Shown in pieces: positions 62,101-64,000 of a DNA stretch of 64,000 nucleotides. The translations under genes were made by a program, and so were the position numbers. Origin of the DNA: Ylistrum balloti (taxonomy: Eukaryota); contig NW_026782491.1 of the NCBI RefSeq assembly GCF_031769215.1, positions 270,882 to 334,881 of the forward strand, given 5' to 3'. The notes under the pieces are model-generated. The model worked only from the letters and a program-made list of their open reading frames with translations. It was not told where the DNA came from and searched no databases. The stretch's first letter is position 1. Every line of letters starts with the position of its first letter.

Positions 62101-64000
62101 TATACAGAATTATGTATGTATGATGTTGTTTGATTTAAAACACGTGTATATAGAGGTATGTACCTGTCATATACCACGTAATATATAGGTTATATACATG
62201 TACCTATTTACCCGAAAGTAATATTTTGTTCAGTAAAATAGTGATCTTGATTTGCGTAAAAGTACGATATTAAACATTTTCATCTCTGGAATATTTTGGT
62301 CAAGTGGTGTAGTCAGAGACGTATATATGTCTCTGGTGTAGTGAAGTTTGTATACGATAAAAAAGTGTTTGACGGTCACGTTGCCATGGACTTTATACCA
62401 CTAAGGACAGCTGTTTAAAGTGGAAATGATATGGATCTATACATATAAAGTGTTGTGAAATATTTGTCAATTAGAACAAGTTGTCAGCTCAGACGGAGAA
62501 CGTCACGAGGAAAGAGGAAAATCAACATTCTGCTCTTTAATTAAGAAATAAAAAATGTTATATAGGTCTTTGGTTGCCATTTTACATAAAAAATATTTCT
62601 CTATTCGATCTTTCCGATATAAATATTATTTAAGATTTGTTGTAAACCTTGCCATCTGTTCCTCATCAATAATATTGGTAATTATGTCTCCGTAAGACAA
62701 TTAACACGCAACGAACACTAAGCAAGCTCACATGTGGAAAGCAAACATCAATGGCGGGAAAATCGATGAATCCTAGTTCTCTGTATTAGCCGTCTGGTCC
62801 AGATACAGTGGTGTGACCTGAGAGCTACAACGGTGGTACAGCACATGCTCAAACACAGGACGCTGGGTTGACCTGCAGATAACACATATACCCCCTGGGT
62901 ACCAGAAACAGTTACCAACTTACCCGTGAATTGTCAGATCACGTAAGAGACAGCACGTGCTGGTAAAAAAGGTAAGTGTGCTCCATCATTACGGATGCCT
63001 GCTTTGTGGTCATCGTTCGAACGACTGTCGTAATAAGAAAATTACCGATGGTATTGATGTTGTAGGATGGTTCTATATCCGGGAGTGTAAAATAAACGTC
63101 ATTTAGTACACATATACACAGTCATGAGATGGAAATCCAGCCCTATTGTGTACATTATCAATCTGTGAGCAAATTTCATTTTGAGGTCGCACTTGTTTTA
63201 CAGCACTTTAAACATAGGATTGACCGCCTGTCCTAGTAAACAAAAACATGACTTGTAAAATTTACCTGTATAATGTACCTGTGAAAGGTTAGCTACGGCC
63301 TTTAGACAATGAATTCATTATATGAAGCAACAACCTGCTTGTTGGATCAAGTAACGGAACGAAATTAAATTACAATTCACATCCTGTGAGATGTCGGTTA
63401 CATTTAATATTTAGTGATATCAAAATATCATAAGCTGCGTGACTACACGTTTTTACTTGTACTAATTACGAGCACCTGCACAAACACCCATCACAGAACA
63501 CAACAGATTTTGTACGTCATATATACTTGGTAAATACAATTTAAAAAAAGTAAATTTTCTTAGCGAATGGGTTAAACCCAAATGGCAATTGACTCAAGGG
63601 TTTTACCTAAATTATTCTAGCGTTAAGGTCTATCAACAGATGAGCTCCTCGAATGTTTCTGCGACTAACTTATATCTTCACTTGAAGATGATGAAACATC
63701 TGACTGACACATGTTCCTTAGATTCTGGGGTTTTCTAATCCATCGAAGCTTGCTGTTTATCAACTTTTGCCTTTAAAGCCGGATAAATATGGTAGACTGT
63801 CTGCCCAAATGGTCCGCAAAAGGTTGAAAACCTACCAGCATGAAAGCGCGGCGTTCCTACACTAGATCAATTTCGTTGTGACGTCACCGTAGTAATTGCC
63901 GTCTTTGGGCCTTTCGACAATGGGACAATGTTCTGTTCTCAGACGTGTCCAGATTTTGTCTGCAACTCAGTAATGGAAGGCAGAATGTGGAGGCGAAGAG

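Noticed and set aside
1-64000. Expectation of a prokaryotic defence or novel operon-type system
   Set aside because: No operon-like gene packing and no Shine-Dalgarno-spaced ORFs were seen. The three genes have GT-AG introns and eukaryote-specific products (vault protein, FYVE-RING ligase, C2H2/AT-hook protein). The novelty here is the env-only element, not a bacterial system.

Overview
This window is eukaryotic nuclear DNA, not prokaryotic. It is AT-rich and CpG-poor, has spliced genes with canonical GT-AG introns and long polypyrimidine acceptors, kilobase-scale satellites and retroelement remnants. The best fit is a marine invertebrate (mollusc- or echinoderm-like), but the lineage cannot be resolved from sequence alone. 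I translated and hand-spliced three protein-coding genes. (1) A minus-strand gene with a 4.46-kb uninterrupted coding exon (13481..17942) joined to a second exon (11352..12154). It encodes a ~1750-aa nuclear-type protein with at least 7 dispersed C2H2 zinc fingers, AT-hook-like RGRP/GRGRGRRRG motifs and long acidic/Ser-rich tracts. (2) A complete plus-strand major vault protein (MVP) gene with 9 coding exons (30722..36503) encoding 859 aa, colinear with human MVP with no missing segment. (3) A minus-strand RNF34/RFFL-like (CARP-type) E3 ubiquitin ligase gene with 5 coding exons (56154..47424) encoding 368 aa: FYVE-like domain exon, Ser-rich/acidic exon, the CARP 'VRQLKE..NFVNY.GCCEK' exon and a C-terminal C3HC4 RING exon. 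The most unusual content lies in the 5.4-kb intron of the RNF34-like gene: a ~3.95-kb insertion (49252..53199) bounded by ~119-bp direct repeats of about 97% identity. It carries no recognisable gag or pol. It does carry a baculovirus-F/errantivirus-Env-type class-I fusion glycoprotein gene: signal peptide, small F2-like N-terminal part, furin site RTKR, fusion peptide ALIPIVGKALSFLFG, heptad region, transmembrane helix and a long cytoplasmic tail. That reading frame is broken by one in-frame TGA and one +1 frameshift. A 215-aa ORF of unknown function sits upstream of it. Other features are a 3.75-kb 23-bp satellite with two subfamilies and 46-bp higher-order structure (2752..6510), a 0.9-kb 28-bp satellite just upstream of the RNF34-like start codon (56891..57805), several minisatellites (31-, 32-, 33-bp units and a complex 128-bp unit), microsatellites, a C27 homopolymer, a 5'-truncated non-LTR (LINE) reverse-transcriptase fragment (about 57850..59150), and candidate 5' noncoding exons and promoters. 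No rRNA, tRNA, CRISPR or prokaryotic defence system is present.
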